Below, piece after piece: positions 39,434-52,300 of a stretch of DNA of 64,000 bases. Positions within the stretch are counted from its first letter, which is position 1. Every line of letters begins with the position of its first letter. A program made the translations under genes and the position numbers. The notes below the pieces were generated by a model. That model had not been told where the DNA came from and ran no database searches. It saw only the letters and a list, made by a program, of their open reading frames with translations. The stretch is from NCBI GenBank assembly GCA_002633005.1, contig NMRA01000050.1, forward strand, positions 1,059,177 to 1,123,176, in the 5' to 3' direction. This DNA is from Phoronis australis (taxonomy: Eukaryota; Animalia; Phoronida).

Positions 39434-41035
39434 GTAGTGCAAACCTCAGGCGCACCATTAGGCCAGGGAGCTCAACCACCCTAGAAGAATTTTGCTTTCA
39501 CCAAACAATATTTGGAAATCTTTTCACACGTATAGCATGGAAGACCAGTAAAGTCGGTTCCCTGTAATTTTTATTTATGATATTAACTTGAATATTTTAG
39601 GACACCTCATGTACCTGTGAAGGTGCGAAAGGTCTTCGTAACTGTCTGTAATGTACATTTGTATAGTTTTCAAGATTATCATGTGATCTTTTCTGAAATC
39701 TTATAATGGCTGGTTTTGTTGCATCTCTGCTGAATACTGAAGTAATTTATTGATACAAGTAAATTACTAATTATTAATTTTTTTTTTTCTATTTGTTGTC
39801 TGTCCATGCTCAGTCGTCGGTGGCAATTAGGTTGTGATTTTCCTGCCTTTAACCTCAATATCAGACAAGCGTTACTACACTACACGAAAAAGTATAGAGG
39901 CAATATTGTGTTTTCCCATCACTGACGGCCAATCATGTTTAATCCAAAGTCACTGGTAATAATTACTAAGTCTGCTAAGTCGAATTACACAAAGCTAACC
40001 CGCCGTACTAACATTCGTGTCAATTCCACACATCCGGGTCATTCTCCGTCAAAATGAGGAAGGACATCTGGCTGATCATGAATTCGGCATTCGCCCAACC
40101 GTCATGACGAGGATGTCAGGGTTATTTTGTCTGCCATACATTTGCATGTACTACAGTTGTCAAACTCTTAAAGCAAGTCTTTTTAAGTACACAACACTTA
40201 TCTAACCTTAGGTTTTTACCGAGTGAGATGGTAACTAAGACAAGAAGGTTTTTAGCACAATCGCCATGTTAAATTCCCACAACTCTTGAAATGCCTAGCC
40301 AACACCAAAGTACATGTAAAGTGTGAAAACCTTTTGTTGGGCTGTCGGTATCCATATAATTGTTGGTATCACAAATAGAATGCTATCGCTGTAGAAACGT
40401 TACGACATCGATTTAATGCGAGTAAACAGGGCGAAATTCTAAATTTTTAAATACGGTTTATGAAAGGAAGGAGGTTGATTATTTGAGTCCATTGTAAGCA
40501 CATTTCCAAACAAGGCGGTACGTGTAACCTAATAATACAACCAACAGAAACAGCAATACGACAGTTTTGAGGCAAACCAACGGTGGTTTTAAATTGAAGA
40601 AGACTGAGAGCCATTGACTTGTCGAAGACCGATAGGAGAAAGTATACACCTTTACTAACCACAGTACCAATGTACATTTTGTCTTGACCCCGTAACGGCT
40701 ATGCAGGCCCTATGTATTTCGGTTACGCTGTGGAATGATGCTTTTGGATGAATAATGAATAGAGGTTGAAAATTCATCAAATGCTCCTACTTCATATTTC
40801 TTAAAAATGAATGTACGTATTTTTTCTGCATTCGTCAGACATGCAGGCAAGTTTGCATGTGTTTCTAGGCGTTACTTAAAGGTACACCATTCCGTGCATC
40901 GTATAACGGACGTATCATATATTTTTGATTGGAAAATTAAAAATTCACAGCTGGGTCCGTAAGTTTAGATATTCTCGGAGTAGTGAATCTTCAAGGTGCA
41001 GTCATGGAATTGTTTCCCGGCACTCCATGTTCACA

Positions 41036-41395
41036 TGTCTCAACACTACCACCATTCGTATGAGTGCTCTGATTTAGATCTGATTTACCAACATATGCCT
41101 CAACGCTACCACCATTCGTACATGTATGAGTGCTCTGATTTAGGTCTGATTTACCAATATATGCCTCAACGCTACCACCATTCGTATGAGTGCTCTGATT
41201 TAGGTCTGATTTACCAATATATGCTTCAACGCTACCACCATTCGAATGAGTGCTCTGATTTAGGTCTGATTTACCAATATATGCCTCAACACTACCACCA
41301 TTCGTATGAGTGCTCTGATTTAGGTCTGATTTACCAGTGTATGCCTCAACGCTACCACCATTCGTATGAGTGGCCTGATTTAGGTCTGAGTTTCC
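41036..41395. repeat. Minisatellite, 60-bp unit x6 (one 66-bp unit)
   Basis: Unit GCCTCAACGCTACCACCATTCGTATGAGTGCTCTGATTTAGGTCTGATTTACCAATATAT; unit 2 carries an extra CATGTA. Confidence 0.95.
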
Positions 41396-44300
41396 AGTTT
41401 CTACTTTGGTTGCAAAGGACAGGATTGAAACAGTCAACCACAAAGCACAATGGATATATAACAGGTGGCAAATTTACTACAAGGAATGTTGAAATGCTTG
41501 CACGCCGTAGTCTAAGTACATAGTTTCCGAATTTTTGTCAACACTCCAAGAATAATAACATAACCACTGCGGTCAATCACATCAAAGTCCCTGGATCATA
41601 GACACCACATGCATGTAGACCGGGCGCGCGCCACTCAAGATACATGAAGTTCGCGTTGTCAATATGACGCTATATTGGAGAGAGTTACACACGACAAAAA
41701 TGGCGGAAAACACTATGAGCCCTACGGCATCAATCAGAATATCCGGAGCTTCGCAGTGATATGCCTGCAGCCAAAGAGTTTTAATTTTTGGTTCTACCAA
41801 AAAGTCATGGGATTTTTGGTTCGGCCATGGAGCTCAGTGGTTCTGCCACTAGGTTTTTTGTTCTGAAACCACAGTTTGAAGCGACTATGCGTTGTTTCCA
41901 CATCAGTCTTGGTGACTGATTGTTATTGACCAGCGTATGCTGTTAGCCAATGATGATGCTGTCTGTTAATTGTAATTAAGTAAATATTTGGAATTAATTA
42001 CTCGTACTGAAAAAGATTATCCCCTAACTTTCTCGCCAGCCATCCAAATCAGTACATCTAAATAAATAATGCAATCTCTATTCAAATATATGCTGCTTTA
42101 AAAATTCATTTCTTAATATATATTCCAAAATTAGATGTTTTCGTTTGTATCAAAACAAACAAATCCCTGCAAAATGTGTACTTTTGTCGAAGTAGAAATT
42201 TACACTGCTCACTTACGAGCTCTTTGTTTTGCGACTCAAAACTTGCGCAAAAAGTAAGGTGCATAGTAACCAAAATGTCAAATCTGTACGACTGAATTGG
42301 GCAACCGAGCTGTAGTATACCCGCTTAATTATTCGGAGAAAACTTGTTTTCCGTACACATAACCTATAGGAGCCTTAACAATGTTAGCTATTTCAACATT
42401 CACTGACAATGTCAACTGACTCTTCAGAGCGTAATTAACTTAATTAGACCTGTCATTAAAACATACCGTTCCCAGCCAACTCTTGCTGTTGTTTCTCACC
42501 TACTTTTAAAGAGTGGGTCAGAGTTCATTGTTATACGCATAGCCTGTACATGTCCGTTTGATACGGAACCTAGTAAAAATGGATAAAACTCGAATCAGTG
42601 GTTAAAGCATGTCGTAAGCACGAGATCGAAACATCAAAATTAATTAAGTCAATTAAGGAATTAGGATGAGTATTTATCTCTTCAAAACTTGCTGTGTTCA
42701 TGAACACAGATCGAGGCATGAGACGATCGACTGGTAGAATTCGTTTTGAACGCCAACCGTCGTATGCATGTAACCTCACAACTCCCTTGGAATCACAACT
42801 ATGTTTTCTCCCTGGCACAATTCTATGATAAGTACATTCGATGATTCAATCTTTTTGGTGACTTTCTGAATGAAAGGACTGAGGGTATACGAAACTGCTC
42901 TGTAACCTGGTGGGACATTTCATTTAAATGAAAGCCCTTCAACATTTGACCTCGGATATGTAGTAAACAAGTATCCGCGCGGTTGCGCGGTTCCAAGGTG
43001 GTTCTGCTAAATCTTTTTATTCTCGCCACGTGGTATAAATTTTTATTTGAAATTCCTCCAGTATTAAGATAGTGTACATTTTTCTATATTTCGCTAGGCA
43101 CGTGAAATGTTGTAAAAATTAGTACAGTATCGTAACCTTTGTTACATAATTGGCCATCATCGATAATGAGGTCATTGAAGAAGTCATGTATTACATGAAC
43201 ATTAATATTCCCCACACAGGTCTTTCGGTGTCTGTGTTGGGACCATCTCTGGCCTGCTTATGTCTACCTGCATTTTCCTTTGTTCTCGCAAAACTAATGT
43301 GAGCGCAAGAAACTGACAAAAGAAGTGTACCTAAACTATAACAAAAATCCCATTACCATGTCTTCACATCTGTTCCCTACGTCAAGTGAGCCTTGTACCT
43401 TATCAAATATATACAAATGCATACTATTTTTAGTGTATATATTTTTATTTTTCAATATAATGTATGAAATAATATCACAATTCTAAAATCTATTGGAAAT
43501 TAAACATTCGATTAAATTAATTCATTGAGTTACCATATTTATTTTTCTAATATAGGTACTGCGTCACCACTGTATACAGTATGTGCCAAATCAAAACAGT
43601 AACACGCTGATTTTTGTAAGAGCGAAACATTGCCATTGGCGTAAACGTGATCTTAAATTGAGGTAATATTCAAACTGAAAATCCAAACTACGTTAATAAC
43701 TTGTGTGTAAATATGAACTAAAGTTCCAGCGTCTTGGCTGAGTGATGTGTATCCTTAGACGTTTAGTTTTAACGAGTAGTACATGTGTTTAGAGTACAAG
43801 ACAACGACGATGACAGTGGTACAGTGTACACGACAAAGTAGTGAGTAGTATAGATTTACAAAACAAAAACAAATGTAAAAATTACTTTTCTAATGTGATG
43901 ATGACCAATTCTGTTAACAGCAAAAATTAGAAACAATAAGTATTATGGTTGTACGCATGTATATCCTAATAACTTAGCCCGCTTGTTAAATTTCCATTTA
44001 AATCCCCGCATGGTCATAAGGGAAGACTATGACAACAACATACACTTCCGCCCAGTCGTCATGACAGAAAAATAAGGATTATTTCTTCTGAATACTTTTG
44101 ACGTGTACTCTTCCGACTCATATGTTTTTCTTTAGTTGCTCTCCGCCGAGAGCACATTTTATCAGAGATTGCAAGACCCGTCTTAGCGAAGGCTTTTTTA
44201 ACTTCAATTTTGATCTGCACAAAATTCATTACATGATTCGCTGCGGTTGCTATGACAGGGTGTGACAAAATTATCATCTTAACATCAACTGCAACGTTTT

Positions 44301-44409
44301 CGCTCTAAAATGGATCGTTGAATGCGTTTGCAATGACGTGCCTACCATCGGTTGCACCCTTTTCTGCGTTCTCTCATTTGTTCCTCTTCATTACAATTGG
44401 TTAATTGGC

Positions 44410-44419
44410 GCGCATGCGC
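44410..44419. promoter_or_regulatory. NRF1-type palindrome GCGCATGCGC about 370 bp upstream of the gene 2 ATG
   Basis: Exact consensus match at a promoter-like distance; function untested. Confidence 0.3.
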
Positions 44420-44787
44420 ACGAAACTTGCACACGAGTGTATGCAGAAGCTAATTCTTATAATTATATTTACCGTTCATGTCACGTTGACGTGCTAATTA
44501 CATTTGCAGAGAAGTCTTATAGTGGGGGTATTTAAAATGCAACGACTTAAATTCCTGTGCAAAGAAGCCAGTGTTTACAAGTGGTGGGAAATTCACAACA
44601 GCACACCAGGTCACACACTGCAACGTAACCCAACGCTTACTCAACTCGGAGCTCTCAAGCAAGTTAATTAAAGTCTCTCCTAATTACCTACCGCTGTTTG
44701 CTTTGTGGGATGAATCCTCAGAAAGGTTCTCGACCTCACATCAACGAAAAGGTTTTCTGGAACATTCGTCATTTTTCTAAAACAAAG

Positions 44788-45091
44788 ATGGGCAACTTCG
44801 TGGCTTTCAGCATTTATCTTTCCGTCGCCTGTACTTTCCAGGTTTGGCCTTTTCAAAGACATCGGCAATATGCTGTCGTTAAATCGAAGCGTTTAATACA
44901 TGTTACTGCAAAAAATTTCACCGCCCTGTCTCGCCTGCATTGCGGAGATGTTTGTTTCCGTGACGAAAAATGTTTTTGCTTTGATTTCAACATGTTCAAC
45001 AATGTGTGTCGACTATTCCCATGCATGGACGCGTCCAACATGACTGACGATCCGGATTGGGACGTCTACAATTCAAGCTGCGTGATATCTG
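44788..45091 (+). CDS. Gene 2 exon 1, signal peptide plus PAN/Apple domain
   Basis: Hydrophobic leader MGNFVAFSIYLSVACTFQVWP; SRLHCGDVCFRDEKCFCFDFNMFNNVCRLF fits the PAN CxxxC-x5-C-xxF-xF...C-x-L pattern; TG|GTAAAC donor. An in-frame upstream ATG exists at 44710. Confidence 0.8.
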
Positions 45092-46293
45092 GTAAACACT
45101 TTGTTTTTAGTAATGACGAAATCACACAGCAATGTTCAAGGAGTGTATTTCGAAAATGGGCTTACCTTCATTGTTGGGCTCAAGGATATATAAATAGAAA
45201 ATGTGACTATTGAATCGCAACATTTCATAGGCTGCCTGTTTCCAAAAGTCATCTCGAACTTAAGTACTGTATGTAGTAAAAGAAGAACGAATTGCCACTT
45301 TAGTACTGTCGTCCAGGAACGAAAATCACTTAATAACGATCACTGGATCCGTAATCTGTTTTCTGAAGTGTCCATTGTCTTCCTGAGTTACTCGTGTTTG
45401 GAGCCATACCCGGCTAATGTTCCATATCATGTACGTTGAAGCAGGCCACCATATTCAGACTGGCAACTGAAAACTTCGGTGTTTCCAGGAAACTCTACAT
45501 TTAGATAAGACAAAGGATCTGAATAGAAACTTAAATTAATCAGTAGCTTTATATGCTGTTCAAATATTTTTTGACTAAGCTTAATTGTCAAATTTGCCAT
45601 TTTGATTGTTTGACCCTAATGTTCAAGCAAAATGTGCGCATTTTGATAAGAAGCAGGAAATACTACCATTAAATCAACCAACACACCACTGTGTTGTCTG
45701 TAGCCTAGATAGCGGTGGGGACTCGTTGTAATTCGGGGTCCACAAACCTGAGCAAGTTTTCATCAGACTCATTAATAAATCAACGACAATGTCCCATTCT
45801 AACCAGTTGTTCCTTCGGAGCCATGAAAACACCTCCAAAATGACTAAAGGGGGCATTTGAGAACAATATCGCAAATGTATATGTAAGTGTTCTAAACCGA
45901 TATGGCGGGACTGAACTGTCACTGAACACAAACAGGACACCGTGAAACAAGGAGGCTAAATGAAAACATGCATTTATTTTGTTGAAGGTTTATGAAGCAC
46001 TCCTTCATCATTATTATTCGATGTTTTCAGATTCCCCCGACGTTTGCACAGACATGGGCGCAACTAATGTTCAGCATTACTACTTCGCGGACCTTAGTAC
46101 AACCACTGCCGAAGGGATTATTGCGGTTTGTTTGGTTCAAAAATAGTTATCTGTTACGTGCTTCGGGTCTCACAAGAGTACCAGTGCGACAGCTTTGTGA
46201 CACAAATCTGAAACTTTTGAATAGAGCTGATATATATATATATATATATCAGCTCTATTCAAAAGTATATATATATACTTTTGAATAGAGCTG

Positions 46294-46329
<36 letters not shown>

Positions 46330-49300
46330 GTGTATATATTGTAATTTATACATCCCAATTTGTCTAAATGCGCTGGCATTAGATGTTGAAGAAAACGTCT
46401 TACTTGCAAATAATTCGTTGTTAGCCAGTCTGATGACAGAAACAATGTCCAAATCGAGAATCCAGTTTTTTTTTCTTTTTAGGGGGTGGAAATGATGAAT
46501 CAAGATAGAGTTGCCCGAGGACAAACAATTTTTTTCGTCAGTTTTGATTAGTCTAATAAATAAGCTTATGTGTGCAATGAACATTCTTGACTGAGCAGTT
46601 AGAAACTAATAATGTACCATCTTCCGCATACTCGCCCAACGGAAATTTAAGTTTCCAGTGCTTCGTGTTATGCATATATATTGCCTTTACGGAACATGAG
46701 TTATCCTATGGTATGTTCAATCCCAAAACGGTCACAAAGATGAATATGTGAATAGAAGCGCGACTGTTTGGTAGGGTTTTATCCGTTGGTGAAAAGATTT
46801 AAATAACTAACTGAAGTGTTAATACATGCGCATTACTTCCTACATTAGTTCAAAAGCATCACGCTGGCTACACGGAAGTCATGGTTTGACAAGTGCGATG
46901 AACGTTTTTGTCTTTGGGCCTGACTTTAATCTGAATGTACATGCACTGTATATAACTGCGAGAACTTTCAATAATTCACATCGGTGTCTACGCTGAACGT
47001 TCACACGTCTACCGTAAACACTAGCCCACGGTAGTTCCTTGTTGTTTTCTCCAGGCATAATAATGCGACACGAAAAAAATACTTCGATTAATAGTTGTAA
47101 TACAGGCAAACATGTTTTCTTGAATTCCAAGAGAACCGCTGAGACTATCTGGAAAGTCCAATCCAGCCAGTATATCAAACGTCTGGTCGAGTTTTAAACG
47201 GAATGCGTTTAAACTTAATTTTTCGGGGAAACCGCTTTGTTTATTTTTTAAATATGATTTCATCCATTGGAAAACTCATTTCGGCAATCACTGGGCGTAC
47301 TCATCAGAACTGCCTTGCGCAACCACAAGTGCATGAAGTCAACAGCGCCTGGGTTGCTTAGTATTGGGTAATGTTGTCTTAATTCGGTGTTTGACATGTT
47401 GTAGAGTCTGACATACGGAAAGAAACTGAGTTACACATCACTTCGTCTGCAGTTCCGCGGTGTTCTCAGGTCGGCGTACAACCGTACAGGCTGTAGTCGT
47501 TGGTACTTCCTCATCAACGGGCAGTCGTGTCAAAATCCTGGTCCTATCGAAATCACGTGGTTGAATGGTGCACGGCTAAATCGCTACCATTCTTCCAGAG
47601 GTGCGTATATGTATGCTAGCGTTGTGAACACATTGCAAAATTTTGTAATGAAATATTATTCTTTTCATATATTTAATATATGGACTATCCGTAGACAGAT
47701 ATTAAACTTGTTTTTTTTTGTGAGTCACTGAAAACTGGTTCTGCCGCACAATACTGAGCATTTGGTTCATGGTCAACACGTTTCCCGACCCAATGTTTTA
47801 GATCAGGTGTCCTACTTCTAAAAACATATCCGTCCACGGCCATGCTGTTTTCTGACGTGCTTGGACAAAAGTACATTCCGTTCAGCGGTGCTGTGCAGAT
47901 TTTCCCAAAGACCAGGCACTACTATTTCTGGGGTTTGGAGCGGAATTTTATTTTCGGCCTCCATCCATACCATTCCTACCACTGCATCTGCAGTCTAGGT
48001 ACGGTAAATTTCTCGCACACCTCATAAAATTCAGGGCAAGCGGGGAGGGCACGGCCCCCCCAAACTTTTTCAGGCGTTAGGGATAAACCGTGACAACCGA
48101 CGTCTGGGTAGGGAATAGTATAGTAAACAAAGAGTGCGAAATGCAGATAAGACAGAAAACTCACAAGAAGAGTGTACAACTCTGCATCAGTTCATGGTTT
48201 ATCTTTTGAGGACCATCAGCTTCCCAGGACATTGCTGCTGAGGTCTCCGCTTTCGCACCACAAGTCGTCTAAATGCACTAGGAAACGCTCATATATTTCG
48301 AAAAATCGACAAAATTTGTGAAGTGATGTTTTTGCGGAGCGGATTAAGTTACTGGATTTTTAAATTCAGNNNNNNNNNNNNNNNNNNNNNNNNNNNNNTT
48401 TTTTTTTCTTTTTAGGGGGTGGAAATGATGAATTAAGATAGAGTTGCCCGAGGACAAACAATTTTTTTCGTCAGTTTTGATTAGTCTAATAAATAAGCTT
48501 ATGTGTGCAATGAACATTCTTGACTGAGCAGTTAGAAACTAATAATGTACCATCTTCCGCATACTTGCCCAACGGAAATTTAAGTTTCCAGTGCTTCGTG
48601 TTATGCAAATATATTGCCTTTACGGAACATGAGTTATCCTATGGTATGTTCAATCCCAAAACGGTCACAAAGATGAATATGTGAATAGAAGCGCGACTGT
48701 TTGGTAGGGTTTTATCCGTTGGTGAAAAGATTTAAATAACTAACTGTAGTGTTAATACATGCGCATTACTTCCTACATTAGTTCAAAAGCATCACGCTGG
48801 CTACACGGAAGTCATGGTTTGACAAGTGCGATGAACGTTTTTGTCTTTGGGCCTGACTTTAATCTGAATGTACATGCACTGTATATCACTGCGAGAACTT
48901 TCAATAATTCACATCGGTGTCTACGATGAACGTTCACACGTCTACCGTAAACACTAGCCCACGGTAGTTCCTTGTTGTTTTCTCCAGGCATAATAATGCG
49001 ACACGAAAAAAATACTTCGATTAATAGTTGTAATACAGGCAAACATGTTTTCTTGAATTCCAAGAGAACCGCTGAGTCTATCTGGAAAGTCCAATCCAGC
49101 CAGTATATCAAACGTCTGGTCGAGTTTTAAACGGAATGCGTTTAAACTTAATTTTTCAGCGCAACCACAAGTGCATGAAGTCAACAGCGCCTGGGTTGCT
49201 TAGTATTGGGTAATGTTGTCTTAATTCGGTGTTTGACACGTTGTAGAGTCTGACATACGGAAAGAAACTGAGTTACACATCACTTCGTCTGCAGTTTCGC

Positions 49301-52300
49301 GGTGTTCTCAGGTCGGCGTACAACCGTACAGGATGTAGTCGTTGGTACTTCCTCATCAACGGGCAGTCGTGTCAAAATCCTGGTCCTATCGAAATCACGT
49401 GGTTGAATGGTGCACGGCTAAATCGCTACCATTCTTCCAGAGGTGCGTATATGTATGCTAGCGCTGTGAACACATTGCAAGTTTTTGTAATGAAATACTA
49501 TTCTTTTCATTTATTTAATGTATGGACTATCCGTAGACAGATATTAAACTTGTTTTTTTGTGAGTCACTGAAAACTGGTTCTGCCGCACAATACTAAGCA
49601 TTTGGTTCATGGTCAACACGTTTCCCGACCCAATGTTTTAGATCAGGTGTCCTACTTCTAAAAACATATCCGTCCACGGCCATGCTGTTTTCTGACGTGC
49701 TTGGACAAAAGAACATTCCGTTCAGCGGTGCTGTGCAGCTTTTCCCAAAGACCAGGCACTGCTATTTCTGGGGTTTGGGAGCGGAATTTTATTTTCGGCC
49801 TCCATCCATACCATTCCTACCACTGCATCTGCAGTCTAGGTACGGTAAATTTCTCGTACACCTCATAAAATTCAGGGCAAGCGGGGAGGGCACGGGTCCC
49901 CCAAACTTTTTCAGGCGTTAGGGTTAAACCGTGACAACCGACGTCTGGGTAGGGAATAGTATAGTAAACAAAGAGTGCGAAATGCAGATAAGACAGAAAA
50001 CTCACAAGAAGAGTGTACAACTCTGCATCAGTTCATGGTTTATCTTTTGAGGACCATCAGCTTCCCAGGACATTGTTGTTGAGGTCTCCGCTTTCGCACC
50101 ACAAGTCGTCTAAATGCACTAGGAAACGCTCATATATTTCGAAAAATCGACAAAATTTGTGAAGTGATGTTTTTGCGGAGCGGATTAAGTTACTGGATTT
50201 TTAAATTCAGCAAGTCAATTCTGCGACTGCAAAACCATTTTTTTTCCAGAGACCCCTCTCTGGCAAGGGATAACGGAGACAACTGTCGCTTTTTTTCTCG
50301 AATTGTATGTCACTGGAGAAAAATTGATTGACAGATATAATCAATTGCTGCACATTTCTTAATTTTTGAAAATATACATGCAGATATTTCACATAGAGGA
50401 GACCCACTTCTGAAGGACGCCATTAATGCCATTCTAGTGACCACAGTTTTTATATTTGTATTGACAAATTCTTAAGGGTAAGTTCACGGAGAGAAGACCC
50501 AATGTTGAACTCGATTACGTCTGTTTTCCTGTTTTTCGTGAAATCGTGCAATCGTGTTCAAGAAGGTCACCTCCTGCACCGGCGTCTGACCACAGCACGA
50601 CGATGGAATGAACTGTCACTCTTTTCCGAGCTTAATGATATTTAGCTTTTCCCACTAAGGTGTCCCATTTCAGACGGGACCCTCTCTCGGTGGAGCAGTT
50701 CGGAGAAATGTCCATTTGTCCCTCTTTACATGTAAATCCGACACTGCCAAGTATTCGCGGGGGAAGTTGTAACTCGAAATTCATTAAAAACACAAAAAAT
50801 TCGTGCCAAGCACAGCAATATCAAGACATTTGACCCAAACTTTCAAACATGTAAAAAAATTCAATAGGATTGATCGCCATCGAAAGGGAGTCAGGAATTT
50901 TAAAGAAAGTGAAGACAGCTGTTTTTAATTGCACAAAAGAACTGTTTTCGATGGTTAGTTATAAAATAACGTTACTGTTTCGCTTGTCATCACAAGAATA
51001 GTATCTCTTGTGAAGATGGTTACTATGAGTTGCTTTTCAAGGAATCCTCACATGTGGAAAACACAACCATTGGGGTAAGCGTGTGCATGTCGAAAGAGTG
51101 TACCCAAATACAAGCAATAATAAACAAATTAAATATTTCAGCGCTTTTTTGAGGTCAAGTTAAATTCGTGAACCATAATAGATACCCCGGAAAGAACATA
51201 TATATACCTCACTATGAATGCGCATTCTCCCATATTCCGCCGGTTACCCGTCAAAAGTCTGCGAGCCTGCATGCGGAAATTGCTTATAACATTCTCTTTT
51301 GATTAACAAATTCGTTGGTTTCGGACTTACATGTTTATGAATCTACATGTACGAAAACCGATATATTAATAGGTGATTTTTGGCCACTAGAAGCTAATCT
51401 TTTAAGAAATGATCACAATTCAGGGAATGTAGTTGAGTCCTGAATATGGAAAAAATATAATCTGTGCCCCCCAATATTTTTTCCTTCCTACGCGCCTGAA
51501 ATGTTACCCTTTCTTTTATAGTCGATGGTATCTGCGACCATATTCCTGATGGAGCAGTACAAGTGCATTTTGTCGTTGGAGCCTGTGGTGATATGGAAAG
51601 TCCTGCCGACAGTGTCACTGGGTGGCCATTCGCAGATGAGATCGCGCTGTCATTCACTATAGAGGAAAATGACATGAGGCAGACAGAAGGTGTGCTGTTG
51701 AAATGCTTAAAAGTACACCAGGCTCACGCGCTCAAAAACAAGCATTCAAAACTTGCTCTCTCGATGTAAATAAGCAAAGGAAAACAGCCCCTATTTGCAG
51801 CGCCCTCATGTGGCCAAGTTATCTCTGCATTCACCACGACACCATGAATTTTTAATACGAAAATCACTACGCACGCCAATAAAATATTAATGTACTATTA
51901 AATCAAAGCACAATACTTGCGTAACTCACTTTGGTATGTAGAGAAATTAAAAGACAAGGTTGGAGCCAAGTACACGTGGGCTCCCGAAAATTGATTAAAA
52001 AGGGAAGTCCTAATTTGATTAGCACATCATAGATTTCTCGAAACGTTAATTAAAACGTGCATCCTGACGTCATATATATGCAATGAGCCACCAAGAGGCT
52101 ACAATGTTTTAACAACGGTAGAGATTTTGGCTCAATCAAGGAATCGTGAATAATTTTTCAGGAGTCCTGTATAACATTAAAGGTTTTGTTCCTGTTTCAA
52201 TTTTGTCTAAAAATGTCTGAGAACGATGTCTGTAGGAAAAATAAATGAGAAATTTGGTCGAAAAGTTCGTTTGAATGCTTTGAAATTGTTGACTTTCTTG

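Noticed and set aside
40991-41523. Repetitive ORFs on both strands (150 aa and 175 aa), and a possible CRISPR-like array
   Set aside because: A 60-bp minisatellite stays open because its unit is a multiple of 3. There are no unique spacers, no cas genes and no splice context.
44586-44595. NF-kB-like GGGAAATTCA upstream of gene 2
   Set aside because: A single imperfect match is not enough evidence.
39433-44788. Functional linkage of genes 1 and 2 as one system
   Set aside because: They are only adjacent and co-oriented. One looks intracellular and the other secreted, and eukaryotic adjacency alone is not evidence without conserved synteny.
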